Both the position numbers and the translations under genes were made by a program. The notes under the pieces are model-generated. The model was not told where the DNA came from. It ran no database searches and saw only the letters and a program-made list of their open reading frames with translations. Of a DNA stretch of 64,000 bases, positions 1 to 9,010 are shown one piece after another; position 1 is the stretch's first letter, and every line of letters starts with the position of its first letter. Source of the DNA: an uncultured Acidobacteriota bacterium (GTDB lineage Bacteria > Acidobacteriota > Thermoanaerobaculia > UBA5066 > DATFVB01); the NCBI GenBank assembly GCA_963813155.1, contig CAWEYG010000001.1:672001-736000 (forward strand). The letters run 5' to 3'.

Positions 1-295
1 TCGCTATGGATATCCCTCCTGGTGGCGCGAGCGGGCGGAGCTGCACTTGTCCGGCCGCATCTCGCCGGGTTCTCTGCGCGAAACGGATTCGGCATTCGAC
101 GCCGAGGCCCTGCGGGTTTTCGTCGCGAGGAGACGGGGTCTGTAGGCTCGCGGTGAGGAACGCTGTCGGCTCTCCCTTTCACACCGTCCATACGTTCCGT
201 GTGAAGAGACTTCGGCCGCAGTGGCGAAATATCGCTGGCGATCGAGGCCCGGCTGAAATATATCTGCGATAGCAACCTGCGGAAGGAGGACGCCG

Positions 296-517
296 ATGAC
301 GGACGATGCTGCTGAAACCCCGGCCGGAGACTCCCGGGTCGCGCGGCTCGAGGCCGAGGTGCGCGGCCTGAAAAAGTTCGTGACGACGCTGGAAGTCGGC
401 CACGAGAACCGCGCCAAAGACTGGAATCGAAAGATCACGCAGCTAACGGCGGACGTCAAGGAGCTGAAAGACCGGATCCGGAAGACGCGGAAGAAGGTCA
501 AGAAGCTCGCTCGTTAG
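296..517 (+). CDS. small coiled-coil hypothetical protein (73 aa)
   Basis: Strong RBS (GGAGG) just before ATG; heptad-like LEAEVRGLKK...LTADVKELKDRI; GC3-rich codons. Confidence 0.65.
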   Translation: MTDDAAETPAGDSRVARLEAEVRGLKKFVTTLEVGHENRAKDWNRKITQLTADVKELKDRIRKTRKKVKKLAR

Positions 518-521
518 TCGC

Positions 522-562
522 TTCACGCCGATTTCACAACCGTTCGCTATTTCTCGTAGACT
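522..562 (+). promoter_or_regulatory. Pho-box-like direct repeat plus -10 element
   Basis: TTCACG (522-527) and TTCACA (533-538) at 11-bp spacing, then TAGACT at 557-562, upstream of the ATG at 579. Confidence 0.35.
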
Positions 563-578
563 TTCCGGAGGAGCGAGG

Positions 579-940
579 ATGACGACAACGATAGGACTTT
601 TTCGAAACTCGACCGACTTCGAGATCCTTTCCCGCGGGAAAGGTCATCTTCGAGGAGGGCGACCCCGGAAAGCACATGTACGCGGTGAAGGACGGCGAAG
701 TCGACATCGTCGTCCACGGCAAGACCGTCGAGACCATCGGACCGGGGGGAGTGTTCGGGGAAATGTGCCTGATCGATTCGGGCGCCCGGAGCGCAAGAGC
801 CGTTGCCCGAACGGACTGTCAGCTCGTCGCGGTCGACGAGCGGCGATTTTCGTTTCTCATCCAGCAGACTCCGCAGTTCGCGCTGCAGGTCATGAGAGAT
901 CATGGCCGAACGGCTGCGCCGCCTGGACGCGAAACTCTAG
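579..940 (+). CDS. stand-alone cyclic nucleotide-binding (Crp-type) domain protein, two apparent +1 frameshifts (~624, ~898)
   Basis: Joined frames give MTTTIGLFRNSTDFE..FPAGKVIFEEGDPGKHMYAVKDGEV...GVFGEMCLIDSGARSARA...MAERLRRLDAKL*; FGE and RSA cNMP motifs; GGAGGA RBS. Confidence 0.8.
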
Positions 941-1611
941 CCGGAGGATGCCCGCGGCTTGAACAGGGCGCGCCACGTCTGGTACGCGATCGCGCCCGCG
1001 AGAGAGCCCGACGGCTGGGAGCCCGACCACGCCATCGAGATCCGGAAACCCGACTCGACGAGAAAGTAGACACCCAGGAGCTGCCATTGGAGCGGAATCG
1101 GGAACAGGTTCTGGCCGGCGAACCCGCCGATCGTCAGGAACAGCGCGCAGAAGACTCCGTAGAGAAAGAGCGGCGCGGCGGAAACGATCGTCAGCAGGCT
1201 GGCGGAGACGTCGTATTCCCGCTCCCACTTCTCCTGCACTTCCGCGGGAAGGTGTCCCGCGAGCGGGGCGAGGAGGAGCAGCGTGAGCCGCCGCCGAGCC
1301 CGTTCTGCCTGGTCCGCTCGATCGGCGCGTCTCGCCGCCTCGCTCGATTCGTCGTACTCCTCGATCCGCCGGATCACGTGGGCTTCGGCCCACGGCGAGA
1401 GGGCATATACGGTCTTTCCCGCCGGCGAGCGGGAGAGGGAGACCACCTCGTACAGCGACCCGTCCCAGCGGACGGCCGTGCCGGGATGTTCGACCGAGGT
1501 CCGGGTCGCCGGCGTCCGAGCCGTCCACGTCTTCGGGAGGGGACACTCCAGAATCCAACGCTGCGGCCCCCCGGCCGAAACCGAGTCAAGGCCATAGGGT
1601 TTCGGCGTCAT
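937..1611 (-). CDS. hypothetical membrane protein (224 aa)
   Basis: Soluble N-terminal half followed by several hydrophobic segments; convergent stop overlapping the cNMP gene stop. Confidence 0.65.
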   Translation of the reverse strand: MTPKPYGLDSVSAGGPQRWILECPLPKTWTARTPATRTSVEHPGTAVRWDGSLYEVVSLSRSPAGKTVYALSPWAEAHVIRRIEEYDESSEAARRADRADQAERARRRLTLLLLAPLAGHLPAEVQEKWEREYDVSASLLTIVSAAPLFLYGVFCALFLTIGGFAGQNLFPIPLQWQLLGVYFLVESGFRISMAWSGSQPSGSLAGAIAYQTWRALFKPRASSG

Positions 1612-1671
1612 CGTGACCCCCGTTGCAGCGCAGCTCTGAACCTCGAGAAGAAACCCGTTCGGCGGCAGCCG

Positions 1672-2505
1672 TCAAGCTCGCGGATCGCCGCGGCCGTGCG
1701 CTCGCGCGAAAGCGCCGGCGACGGCGCGCAGCGGCGCCAGGAGCGAGCGCTCCAGCGCGACGAGGCCCTCGCGGCGCAATTCTGCGCGCAGCGAAGCGAT
1801 GCCCGCGTGAAGGGCGTTCGCGTCGTGCACGATTCCGAGCGCATCCTGCAGGGCTTTCAGCCTTCCGATCAGGCCCGGTACGCGGCGGCCGTCGTAGGCC
1901 GGCGAGCACATTTCCATCGAGTACCGGAATTTCTTGAGGTCGATCCGAAGGCGATGGAGACCGGCCGGGGTTGGATGCCGGAGCGTGTGGTCGAGTAGCC
2001 GAGCGAGGCTGGGAAGCCGCTCCTGAAGCTCCCTTCGCGCGACGGCGGATAGCGCGAGATCTTCCCCGTTGCCCGCGTCCAGCGCGTCGTCGGTCTCCGA
2101 CCGAATCTCCTTCGCGAAGTCCTCGAGATCGATGCGGCGCAACCCCTTCTCGAGCGCCTTCGCCCGCCGCTTCCTTTCGCGCGATTCCGATGCGATCAGG
2201 AACTCGATTGCGGCCCCGTGGGAAGGATCCCGCCGCCGAAGATCGAAGAGCTCTTTCAGGTCGACGTCGGCTTCGCGAAGCGCGCCGAGCCTCCGGCCGA
2301 GACTCTTCAGAGCCCGGCGGCCGCGGTCGAGCTTCCGGACGGGAGAAACGGCGAGCCACAGTTCCAGGGCCGCCCGGAGCCGGCGTGTCGCCACCCGAAG
2401 ATCGTGAATTCCGTCCGGGCCGGGATCGGCCGCCGCGCGCCCGGCAATCCCGAGCTGCTCGTCGATCGCCTTTGCGAGAACGGGGAGAACCGATGCGGCG
2501 GGCAT
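1672..2505 (-). CDS. CHAD domain protein (polyphosphate-binding)
   Basis: IHDLRVATRRLRA, LGALREADV, LHRLRIDLKKFRY, LQDALGIVHD CHAD motifs. Confidence 0.9.
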   Translation of the reverse strand: MPAASVLPVLAKAIDEQLGIAGRAAADPGPDGIHDLRVATRRLRAALELWLAVSPVRKLDRGRRALKSLGRRLGALREADVDLKELFDLRRRDPSHGAAIEFLIASESRERKRRAKALEKGLRRIDLEDFAKEIRSETDDALDAGNGEDLALSAVARRELQERLPSLARLLDHTLRHPTPAGLHRLRIDLKKFRYSMEMCSPAYDGRRVPGLIGRLKALQDALGIVHDANALHAGIASLRAELRREGLVALERSLLAPLRAVAGAFARAHGRGDPRA

Positions 2506-2517
2506 CGGTCCGCAAGA

Positions 2518-3750
2518 TTATCCCGAATGCGCGAGCAGCGTCCTCTTTCCGATCCGAACGCTCCGGCCCCTCCAGCGAGTCCGATCCGACACGAGCCCGG
2601 CCCAGAACACGCCGAACGCAAGCACGTCTTTGACCGCGATCCAGGCGGGAACGGCTCTGGCGAGCGGAGAAACACCGCCCCGATTCAGCAGGAACAGGTC
2701 CGCGGCCAGCTTCCCGAGCACCGACGCGATTCCGGCGACGGCTCCCCAGAAACCGCCGAAGAGAACGACCGGAATGCTCCAGGGAATGGGGCTCGCAAAG
2801 ACCTCGGAGAGATATGCCGCCCCGCCCAGCTTCCGCCGCATGCGCGCCCACCGCACCTGCCGGTCCCAGAAGGAGCGGACCGTCTTTCCGCGGGAGACGA
2901 CCGTCACGAATTGCTGGGAGAGCACGGCTCGAAACCCGGCCCGAACCACGAGGTCCCCGAGCAGGAAGTCCTCGGCCAGGTGATCGCGAACGGAATCGAA
3001 TCCGCCGATCCAGTCGAGAGCCGTTCGGCGGAGAAAAATCGACTTCCCCACGACGCAGGGCTGCTTCAGGAGACAGGAAACGGTAGCCGTGCCGCCGAGG
3101 ACGAACCCGTTCATGTGCAGCGACTCGATCGTCGAGCCCGGCGAGCCGCCGCCGTCACAGCGGAACGGATTCGACACGAGGCCCACGAGGGGATCCTCGA
3201 ACTCCGCGGCGGAGCGGCGCAGGTATTCGGGCGCCGCGAGCACATCGCCGTCGGAGATCAGGAGAATCGGGTGCCGCGCGCGGGACAGCGCCGCGAGAAG
3301 CCGAGAAACCTTCGGGTTGCGCCCCGGCTCGCGCGCGTCGAAAACGAAAGCCGTCGGAACGTCGGGATGCCGGTCCGCGACGCGGCGAGCGATGGGAAAC
3401 GCGTCGTCGTCCCGGGAAGCGAACGAAAAGATGATTTCGTACTCCGGGTAGTCGAAGCGGTAAAACGACTCGAGATTCGTCTCCAGGCAGGCGTCCGCGC
3501 CCTTCAGGGGCTTGAGGATCGAGACGGGCAGCATGCCCGAGGCCGTGCGGGTCCTGTCACGGGACTCGACCCACTTTTCCGCTCGCTGCGTTCTAATGCC
3601 TTTGCGACGACTCCGCGCCGCGAGCGGCAAAAGGGGTCTCCTCCCACGCCACCCGCCCGGCCTGGGACGCGGATCGATTGCCAGCTGCGCCGCGAAGAGG
3701 ACGGCCGATCCGAGGATTGAAAGCGCGAGGCAGATCCAGAGAACGATCAT
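2518..3750 (-). CDS. ceramide glucosyltransferase/HpnI-like membrane glycosyltransferase
   Basis: SILKPLKG, NPKVSRL, ISDGD, LAEDF, RQVRWAR (QxxRW) motifs; N- and C-terminal TM helices; ATGA overlap with upstream stop. Confidence 0.85.
   Translation of the reverse strand: MIVLWICLALSILGSAVLFAAQLAIDPRPRPGGWRGRRPLLPLAARSRRKGIRTQRAEKWVESRDRTRTASGMLPVSILKPLKGADACLETNLESFYRFDYPEYEIIFSFASRDDDAFPIARRVADRHPDVPTAFVFDAREPGRNPKVSRLLAALSRARHPILLISDGDVLAAPEYLRRSAAEFEDPLVGLVSNPFRCDGGGSPGSTIESLHMNGFVLGGTATVSCLLKQPCVVGKSIFLRRTALDWIGGFDSVRDHLAEDFLLGDLVVRAGFRAVLSQQFVTVVSRGKTVRSFWDRQVRWARMRRKLGGAAYLSEVFASPIPWSIPVVLFGGFWGAVAGIASVLGKLAADLFLLNRGGVSPLARAVPAWIAVKDVLAFGVFWAGLVSDRTRWRGRSVRIGKRTLLAHSG
3568..3638. repeat. 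palindromic REP-like element inside the glycosyltransferase gene
   Basis: Arms GACCCACTTTTCCGCTCGC (3568-3586) and GCGAGCGGCAAAAGGGGTC (3620-3638) are near-perfect reverse complements. Confidence 0.6.
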
Positions 3751-4505
3751 GCGAAGGCCGGGACTCCCCCCCACGCCGGCGCGTTCTCTGCCGGGGGCTG
3801 AAGCTGGGTGATCGCGAGCGGCGCGGGACCGCGAAGCGCCGCGAGGACGCTCTCGGAGTCGCGGCGCGCGCGAATCAGGGTCTTCCAGGTGTAGAGATGC
3901 TCCTCGGAATGGAAATCTCCGGTCGCAATCGAGGGGAGCTTCTCGCGCGAAACCGCCGGAAAGAGATCCCAGCGATTCGCGACCTCCCACCGGTCGATAT
4001 GGCGCGCGAGCCGGCGGCGGCGGTTCCACAGGTAAAACGTGTTCGCGAACAATTCCTTCACCTCGTGGGGGTGGCACGCGACCGAGACGGCGCCCCGACG
4101 GCGGATCTCGCGCAGGATCTGGAGCGGCGATCGGTCGGCGGAAAGAAATTCGGTGATCCCCAGCGCCAGGATGTGGCACGACCGATCGCGCGTCAGGGCG
4201 TTGTGCGTGATCTCCGCCCCCGGGAGGACCAGCATTCGGTATTTCGCCCACGCCCGGGCGGCCTCGAAGGCGATCTCCTCGAAGTATTCGCGAGCGCTCT
4301 CGGGCGTCACGGTGCGGCCGAGGGCCCGGGCGGCCCGTCCGAGGAGGCCCTTCGTGTCGGTGATGTGATCGGTGATCGCGATGACGTCATGGCCCGACCG
4401 GCCGAAGAGATCCACGACGTCCGCCATGGGAAGTTTCCCGTCGGAATGATTCGTGTGGACGTGAAAGTCGCTCAACAGCGTTTCTTCGTTCGCTTCTCTC
4501 TCCAT
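3747..4505 (-). CDS. PHP domain metallophosphoesterase
   Basis: DFHVHTNHSDG, AITDH, GAE, CHPH, GDFH PHP motifs. Confidence 0.88.
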   Translation of the reverse strand: MEREANEETLLSDFHVHTNHSDGKLPMADVVDLFGRSGHDVIAITDHITDTKGLLGRAARALGRTVTPESAREYFEEIAFEAARAWAKYRMLVLPGAEITHNALTRDRSCHILALGITEFLSADRSPLQILREIRRRGAVSVACHPHEVKELFANTFYLWNRRRRLARHIDRWEVANRWDLFPAVSREKLPSIATGDFHSEEHLYTWKTLIRARRDSESVLAALRGPAPLAITQLQPPAENAPAWGGVPAFA

Positions 4506-4561
4506 GAAGGAATCGTGCGCCCCGCCCGCCAAAACCCATGGAACTTAAAGAAAAAGCTCTG

Positions 4562-5827
4562 TTAGCGGGAGGTAAGAACGGGATGAAGAAACCGGGCGCC
4601 AAGCTCGGCGAACAGCGCCGCCGAGGGCCGCCGGCGGCGTGCGAACGTCGCGTAATCGACGTCGACGAGCCCGAACCGGGGGGCGAACCCCTCGAGCCAT
4701 TCGAAGTTGTCCAGCAGCGACCAGTAGAAATACCCCTCCAGGGGAAGCCCCGAGTTTCGGGCTCGGGCGAGGAGAGCCACGTGCTCGCGAAGAAAGTCGC
4801 AGCGCAGGCGGTCGTCGCGGGTCGCGATTCCGTTTTCGGTCACGATCACGGGGAGCCCGGTTTCCGCCGCGGTTCGCAGGCACGAGACGAGCCCTTCCGG
4901 GTGTACTTCCCAGCCGGTGTCGGTCAACCCCCGGCCTCCCCCGTCGCGGTAGAAGAACTCCCCCTTCCAACGGGACCGGCCCGGAAACTGGAGATGGAGC
5001 CGGCTGTAGTAGTTCACGCCGATGAAATCCGTGGTCCCGGGAAGGTCCGGAAGGGAGGCCCGGATCCGGCCGATCATCGGGATCCGCATGTCGAGCCGGC
5101 CCGTGACGGCGGCTTCGAGGTAGGCGCGGTTGTAGAAACGATCGGCGGCCGCGGCGAGCCGCCGATCCGCCCAGGAGGTGCGCCGGCCCGGCGCGAAATC
5201 CATCATGTTGTGCGCGACGCCGAACCGGGCGCGAGAATTTCTCTCGCGCAAGAGGAAAGAGGCTTCGATATGCGCCCGCAGGAGGTTCTCGATCGCCCGG
5301 GAGGCCTTCGAAAAATCGTTGATGCCGGGCGGGATCCGGCCGTCCAGGTAGCCGCCCAGGACGAACACGACCGGCTCGTTCAGGATCGTGTACATCGAGA
5401 CGCGGTCTCCGACCGCGTCCGCGACGGCGCGCGCGAAATCGAGGAAGAGGTCGACGCCGCGGCGCGTCTCCCATCCGAACTCGGCGAACCACGCCGGATG
5501 CGTGTAGTGAAAGAGCGTGAGAACGGGCTCGATCCCGAGCTGGAGCAGCCGGTCGACCCGGCGGCGATATTCCTCAAGGGCGGCGAGCGAAAATTCGCCG
5601 CGGACGGGTTCGACTCTCGACCACTCGACTGAGAACCGGTACGCGTTCACGCCGAGCGAAGCGAGAAGAGCGTAGTCGCTCTCCCAGAGTCTCCCGTGCC
5701 CCGACGCCTCTCCACACCGCTCGTGGCGGGCCCGAAGCTTCCCTTCCCCCTCCCATCGCGCCCAGTCGCTCCCGGGGCCTCCCTCGATCTGGTATTCGGA
5801 GGTCGCGGCACCCCAGAGGAACTTCAT
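4562..5827 (-). CDS. glycoside hydrolase family 1 (beta-glucosidase)
   Basis: FLWGAATSEYQIEG, YRFSVEWSR, TILNEP, VTENG, WSLLDNFEW motifs. Confidence 0.95.
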   Translation of the reverse strand: MKFLWGAATSEYQIEGGPGSDWARWEGEGKLRARHERCGEASGHGRLWESDYALLASLGVNAYRFSVEWSRVEPVRGEFSLAALEEYRRRVDRLLQLGIEPVLTLFHYTHPAWFAEFGWETRRGVDLFLDFARAVADAVGDRVSMYTILNEPVVFVLGGYLDGRIPPGINDFSKASRAIENLLRAHIEASFLLRERNSRARFGVAHNMMDFAPGRRTSWADRRLAAAADRFYNRAYLEAAVTGRLDMRIPMIGRIRASLPDLPGTTDFIGVNYYSRLHLQFPGRSRWKGEFFYRDGGGRGLTDTGWEVHPEGLVSCLRTAAETGLPVIVTENGIATRDDRLRCDFLREHVALLARARNSGLPLEGYFYWSLLDNFEWLEGFAPRFGLVDVDYATFARRRRPSAALFAELGARFLHPVLTSR

Positions 5828-5858
5828 GGCGCCACATGCGCGTTGACTATGATGCCTC

Positions 5859-6680
5859 ATGCGCGGGCTGCCCGACTATCACGTTCACACGTTCCGCTGC
5901 GGCCATGCCGGAGGGCAATCCCGCGAGTTCGTGGAGACGGCCATCGAGCGCGGGATCTCCGAGATCGCGTTCACGGACCACATCCCGCTCTATTTCCTTC
6001 CGCCGGAAAAGCGCGACCCGAAGCTCGCCATGCGGGAAGACCAATTCGACGGGTACGTCGCCGAGGTTCGCGCCCTCCAGCAGGAGTTCGCCGGCGCGAT
6101 CGCGATCCGGCTCGGGCTGGAAGCCGACTACGCGGAGGGATTCGAGGAAGACCTCGCTCGCTGGCTCGGCAGGGCGGAATGGGACCTCGTGCTCGGGTCG
6201 GTTCACTGGGTTGCCGGCGACTGGATCGACTCCCCGGGCGCCCGCGATCGCTTCTCGCGAGAGGGGACGGAGTTTCTCTACCGCGAGTACTATCGGCTGC
6301 TCGCGAAAGCGGCCGGCACCGGGTTTTTCGACGTTCTCACGCACTTCGATCTCCCGAAAAAATTCGGCGTCCGGCCCGCCACGCCTCTCGAGCCGGAGGA
6401 AGACCGCGCGATCGAGGCCACGGCCGCCGCGAAGTGCGCCGTCGAGATCTCCTCGGCGGGACTCCGAAAACCGGTGGCCGAGATGTATCCGGAGCCGCGC
6501 ATTCTTCGGAAGCTCGTCGCCGCCGGCGTCGCCGTGACGTTCTCGTCAGATTCTCACGCGCCGGCCGAGGTCGGCTGGGGCTATGCGACGACCGCCGCCG
6601 AGGCGAGGGCGTGCGGCGTGCGAGAGTTCGTGACTTTCGAAAAACGCCGGCGGCGCTCGCATCCCCTTCCCGAATTCTGA
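5859..6680 (+). CDS. hisK: histidinol-phosphatase, PHP (HisJ/HisK) family
   Basis: DYHVHTFRCGHA, FTDH, GLEADY, LGSVH, HFDLPKKF, SDSH. Confidence 0.8.
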   Translation: MRGLPDYHVHTFRCGHAGGQSREFVETAIERGISEIAFTDHIPLYFLPPEKRDPKLAMREDQFDGYVAEVRALQQEFAGAIAIRLGLEADYAEGFEEDLARWLGRAEWDLVLGSVHWVAGDWIDSPGARDRFSREGTEFLYREYYRLLAKAAGTGFFDVLTHFDLPKKFGVRPATPLEPEEDRAIEATAAAKCAVEISSAGLRKPVAEMYPEPRILRKLVAAGVAVTFSSDSHAPAEVGWGYATTAAEARACGVREFVTFEKRRRRSHPLPEF

Positions 6681-6684
6681 CCGA

Positions 6685-7356
6685 TCATCCGATCTCAGCC
6701 GCGTGGTGCTTCACGACCTTCGCCTGCGCGATGTAGATCGTGTCCTCCGCGATGTTCGTCGCCAGGTCGCCGACGCGCTCCAGGTTCTTCGACACCGAGA
6801 TCAGCTCCAGGCAGTACGAAATCAGCGACGGCGTCTCGGCCATGTAGGTCAGCAGCTCGCGGATGATCGACTGGTTCTTTTCGTCGAGAACGTCGTCCTT
6901 TCGGATGACGCTGTTGGCGAGCACGATGTCGCGGTTGACGAACGAATCGAGCGCGTCTTTGAGCATCGCCTTCGCGATTTCGGCCATGTGGGGAAGATCC
7001 ACGAACGGCTTGACCGGCTTCGGCTTCAGCGTTGCGATCCGCTCCGCTCCCTCCGCAATGTTGACGGCGTGGTCGCCGATCCGCTCGAGATCGTTGTTGA
7101 TCTTGAGCGCCCCGATCAGGAGACGCAGGTCGACGGCGACCGGCTGTTGGAGCGCGAAAAGCTGGATGGCTTCCTCTTCGATCTCGACTTCGGTCCGATC
7201 GATCAACTCGTCGGCCGCGATGACGCCGCGAGCCTGTATGGCTGAGCCTTCCGTCAACGCTTCCACCGCCGCCGCGATCTGCTTCTCCACCTCCGCGCCG
7301 AACAGGATCAGGCGGCGCCGCAGGTGCTCGAGTTGTTCCGCGAAATGTTCCTTCAT
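6685..7356 (-). CDS. phoU: phosphate signalling protein PhoU
   Basis: QQPVAVDLR, NDLERIGDHAVNIAE, NLERVGDLATNIAE repeats. Confidence 0.95.
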   Translation of the reverse strand: MKEHFAEQLEHLRRRLILFGAEVEKQIAAAVEALTEGSAIQARGVIAADELIDRTEVEIEEEAIQLFALQQPVAVDLRLLIGALKINNDLERIGDHAVNIAEGAERIATLKPKPVKPFVDLPHMAEIAKAMLKDALDSFVNRDIVLANSVIRKDDVLDEKNQSIIRELLTYMAETPSLISYCLELISVSKNLERVGDLATNIAEDTIYIAQAKVVKHHAAEIG

Positions 7357-8936
7357 CTTGACGATCCTCCGGCGGCACGGCGGGGCCGGGCCGCAGGCTC
7401 GCTCGCCCGAAAAACGGGCTTGCGGCCGAATATACGAACAAACAGTTTCGACTTGGCCGCAGCCGCCTCGAGCTCCGCTTCCGGATCCTCGAGCGCCACG
7501 ACCTCGAAAATGACCCTCTTCTGCCGAAGGCGGCAGACGACCGACTCGACGATCTGCCGATGGCCTCGGTCGAGCCCGTCGGCGACGCGCAGGATCGCGG
7601 CGAGCTTTTCCACCGACTGGCGGCGCCACGGGTCGAGGCTCTCCCACTCGGGATGCCTCTCTTTCGGGCGCCCGCCGCGGTGGTAGCGGGCGACCGCCGC
7701 GATCGTCGCGATCTCTTCGGACGAAAATCCCGTGAGGTCACCATGGGTGATGAGGTAGTAGGAGTGTTTGTGATGGCGCGGCATGCCAACCGAGGCGCCC
7801 GCGTCGTGAAGGATCGCGGCGAACCGGAGCCACTCGCGCTCCCTCTCGGTCATCTGGTGGAGCGAGTGAGTCGACTGGAAAATCTCGTCTGAAAGTTTTG
7901 CGACGCAGCGGGCGTGCATCCATTCGACGTTCCAGCGCCCGGCGAGGCGCTCGACGCTCTTTTCCCGCAGGTCCCGGGAAATCGGGGCGACGGAGGCTCC
8001 GCGCGAGCGGGCGAGCGAATCGAGCAGGATTCCCTCCCGCAGCCCCCGCTCCCCCGTCAGGATGTCATCCGCTCCGACCGCCTTCAGCAGCTCCGCGAGC
8101 AGCGCGCCTCCCGCCAGAGCGATGTCCCGGCGCTTCGGGTCGAGACCGGGCACCCGCAGCTTCTCCTTGAGCGTCGTTTTTCGAAGGACCTTCAGGACCT
8201 TTTTCAGGTCACTCCGGGAGAGGGTCCGATGGCCCGACGGGAAGATCTCGCGTCCCCGGATCGCCGCCTCGGAAACCATCGACATCGACTGGATCGTGCC
8301 CGACGTTCCCACGCAGGTCTTGAACCCCGCCTTCCGGATCTTTCGGGCGGCGGGCGCCACACGCCGCCGGACCGCCCGCTTCATGTCTCTCCAGTCGTCC
8401 CGGGAGACCGGATCGTGGCGCACGTATTTCTCGGACAGCCGCACGGCGCCGAGGGCGACCGATTCCGCGGACAACACCCGGTTTCCGTCCGAGACCACGA
8501 GCTCCGTCGAGCCTCCCCCGATGTCGATCAGAAGCAGCGGGTCGCACGAAGCCGGAAATTCGCTTCGAACGGCGAGGGTGATGAGCCGGGCTTCTTCCTC
8601 GCCCGAAATGACCTCGACTTCGACGTCGCAGCGGCGCCGCACGGCCTCGACGAACTCCGCCGCGTTCTCCGCTTCCCGGACCGCGCAGGTCGCGACGGCG
8701 CGGATCGCTTCGGCGCCGGAGGAGCGGGCGATCCGCGCCAGCCTTTCCACGGCCGCCGAGCCCCCTTCGATCGCCTCCGGCGAGAGCTTCCCTGTCGCGA
8801 ACGTCGCGTGGCCGAGCCGGATCATTTCCTTCTCGCGCACCACGGATTCCAGCGAGCCGTCGCGCGAGACGCGCGCGACGAGCAGCTTGACGCTGTTGCT
8901 CCCGATGTCGATCGACGCGAGTGTGCGGGTGTCCAT
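7353..8936 (-). CDS. ppx: exopolyphosphatase Ppx/GppA with HD domain
   Basis: IDIGSNS, ATCAVREA, SGEEEARL, DIGGGSTE, GLREG, LHDAG, RVADGLD. Confidence 0.93.
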   Translation of the reverse strand: MDTRTLASIDIGSNSVKLLVARVSRDGSLESVVREKEMIRLGHATFATGKLSPEAIEGGSAAVERLARIARSSGAEAIRAVATCAVREAENAAEFVEAVRRRCDVEVEVISGEEEARLITLAVRSEFPASCDPLLLIDIGGGSTELVVSDGNRVLSAESVALGAVRLSEKYVRHDPVSRDDWRDMKRAVRRRVAPAARKIRKAGFKTCVGTSGTIQSMSMVSEAAIRGREIFPSGHRTLSRSDLKKVLKVLRKTTLKEKLRVPGLDPKRRDIALAGGALLAELLKAVGADDILTGERGLREGILLDSLARSRGASVAPISRDLREKSVERLAGRWNVEWMHARCVAKLSDEIFQSTHSLHQMTEREREWLRFAAILHDAGASVGMPRHHKHSYYLITHGDLTGFSSEEIATIAAVARYHRGGRPKERHPEWESLDPWRRQSVEKLAAILRVADGLDRGHRQIVESVVCRLRQKRVIFEVVALEDPEAELEAAAAKSKLFVRIFGRKPVFRASEPAARPRRAAGGSSR

Positions 8937-8972
8937 CTCGGTTCGGATCAAATGCGGCCCGGGCGGTTTTCC

Positions 8973-9000
8973 CGTGAAGCCGGTGTAAACAAGGTGTGAA
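8973..9000 (-). promoter_or_regulatory. Pho box (three direct repeats, 11-bp period)
   Basis: Minus strand TTCACA-N5-TTTACA-N5-TTCACG just upstream of ppx-phoU; matches TT(A/C/T)ACA PhoP/PhoB-type repeats. Confidence 0.6.
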
Positions 9001-9010
9001 ACGGACCTCG

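Noticed and set aside
1-290. Riboswitch or gene start at the left edge (TTCACAC/GTGTGAA hairpin, AGGAGG on the minus strand near position 15-20)
   Set aside because: No convincing match to a known RNA family, and any gene runs off the window
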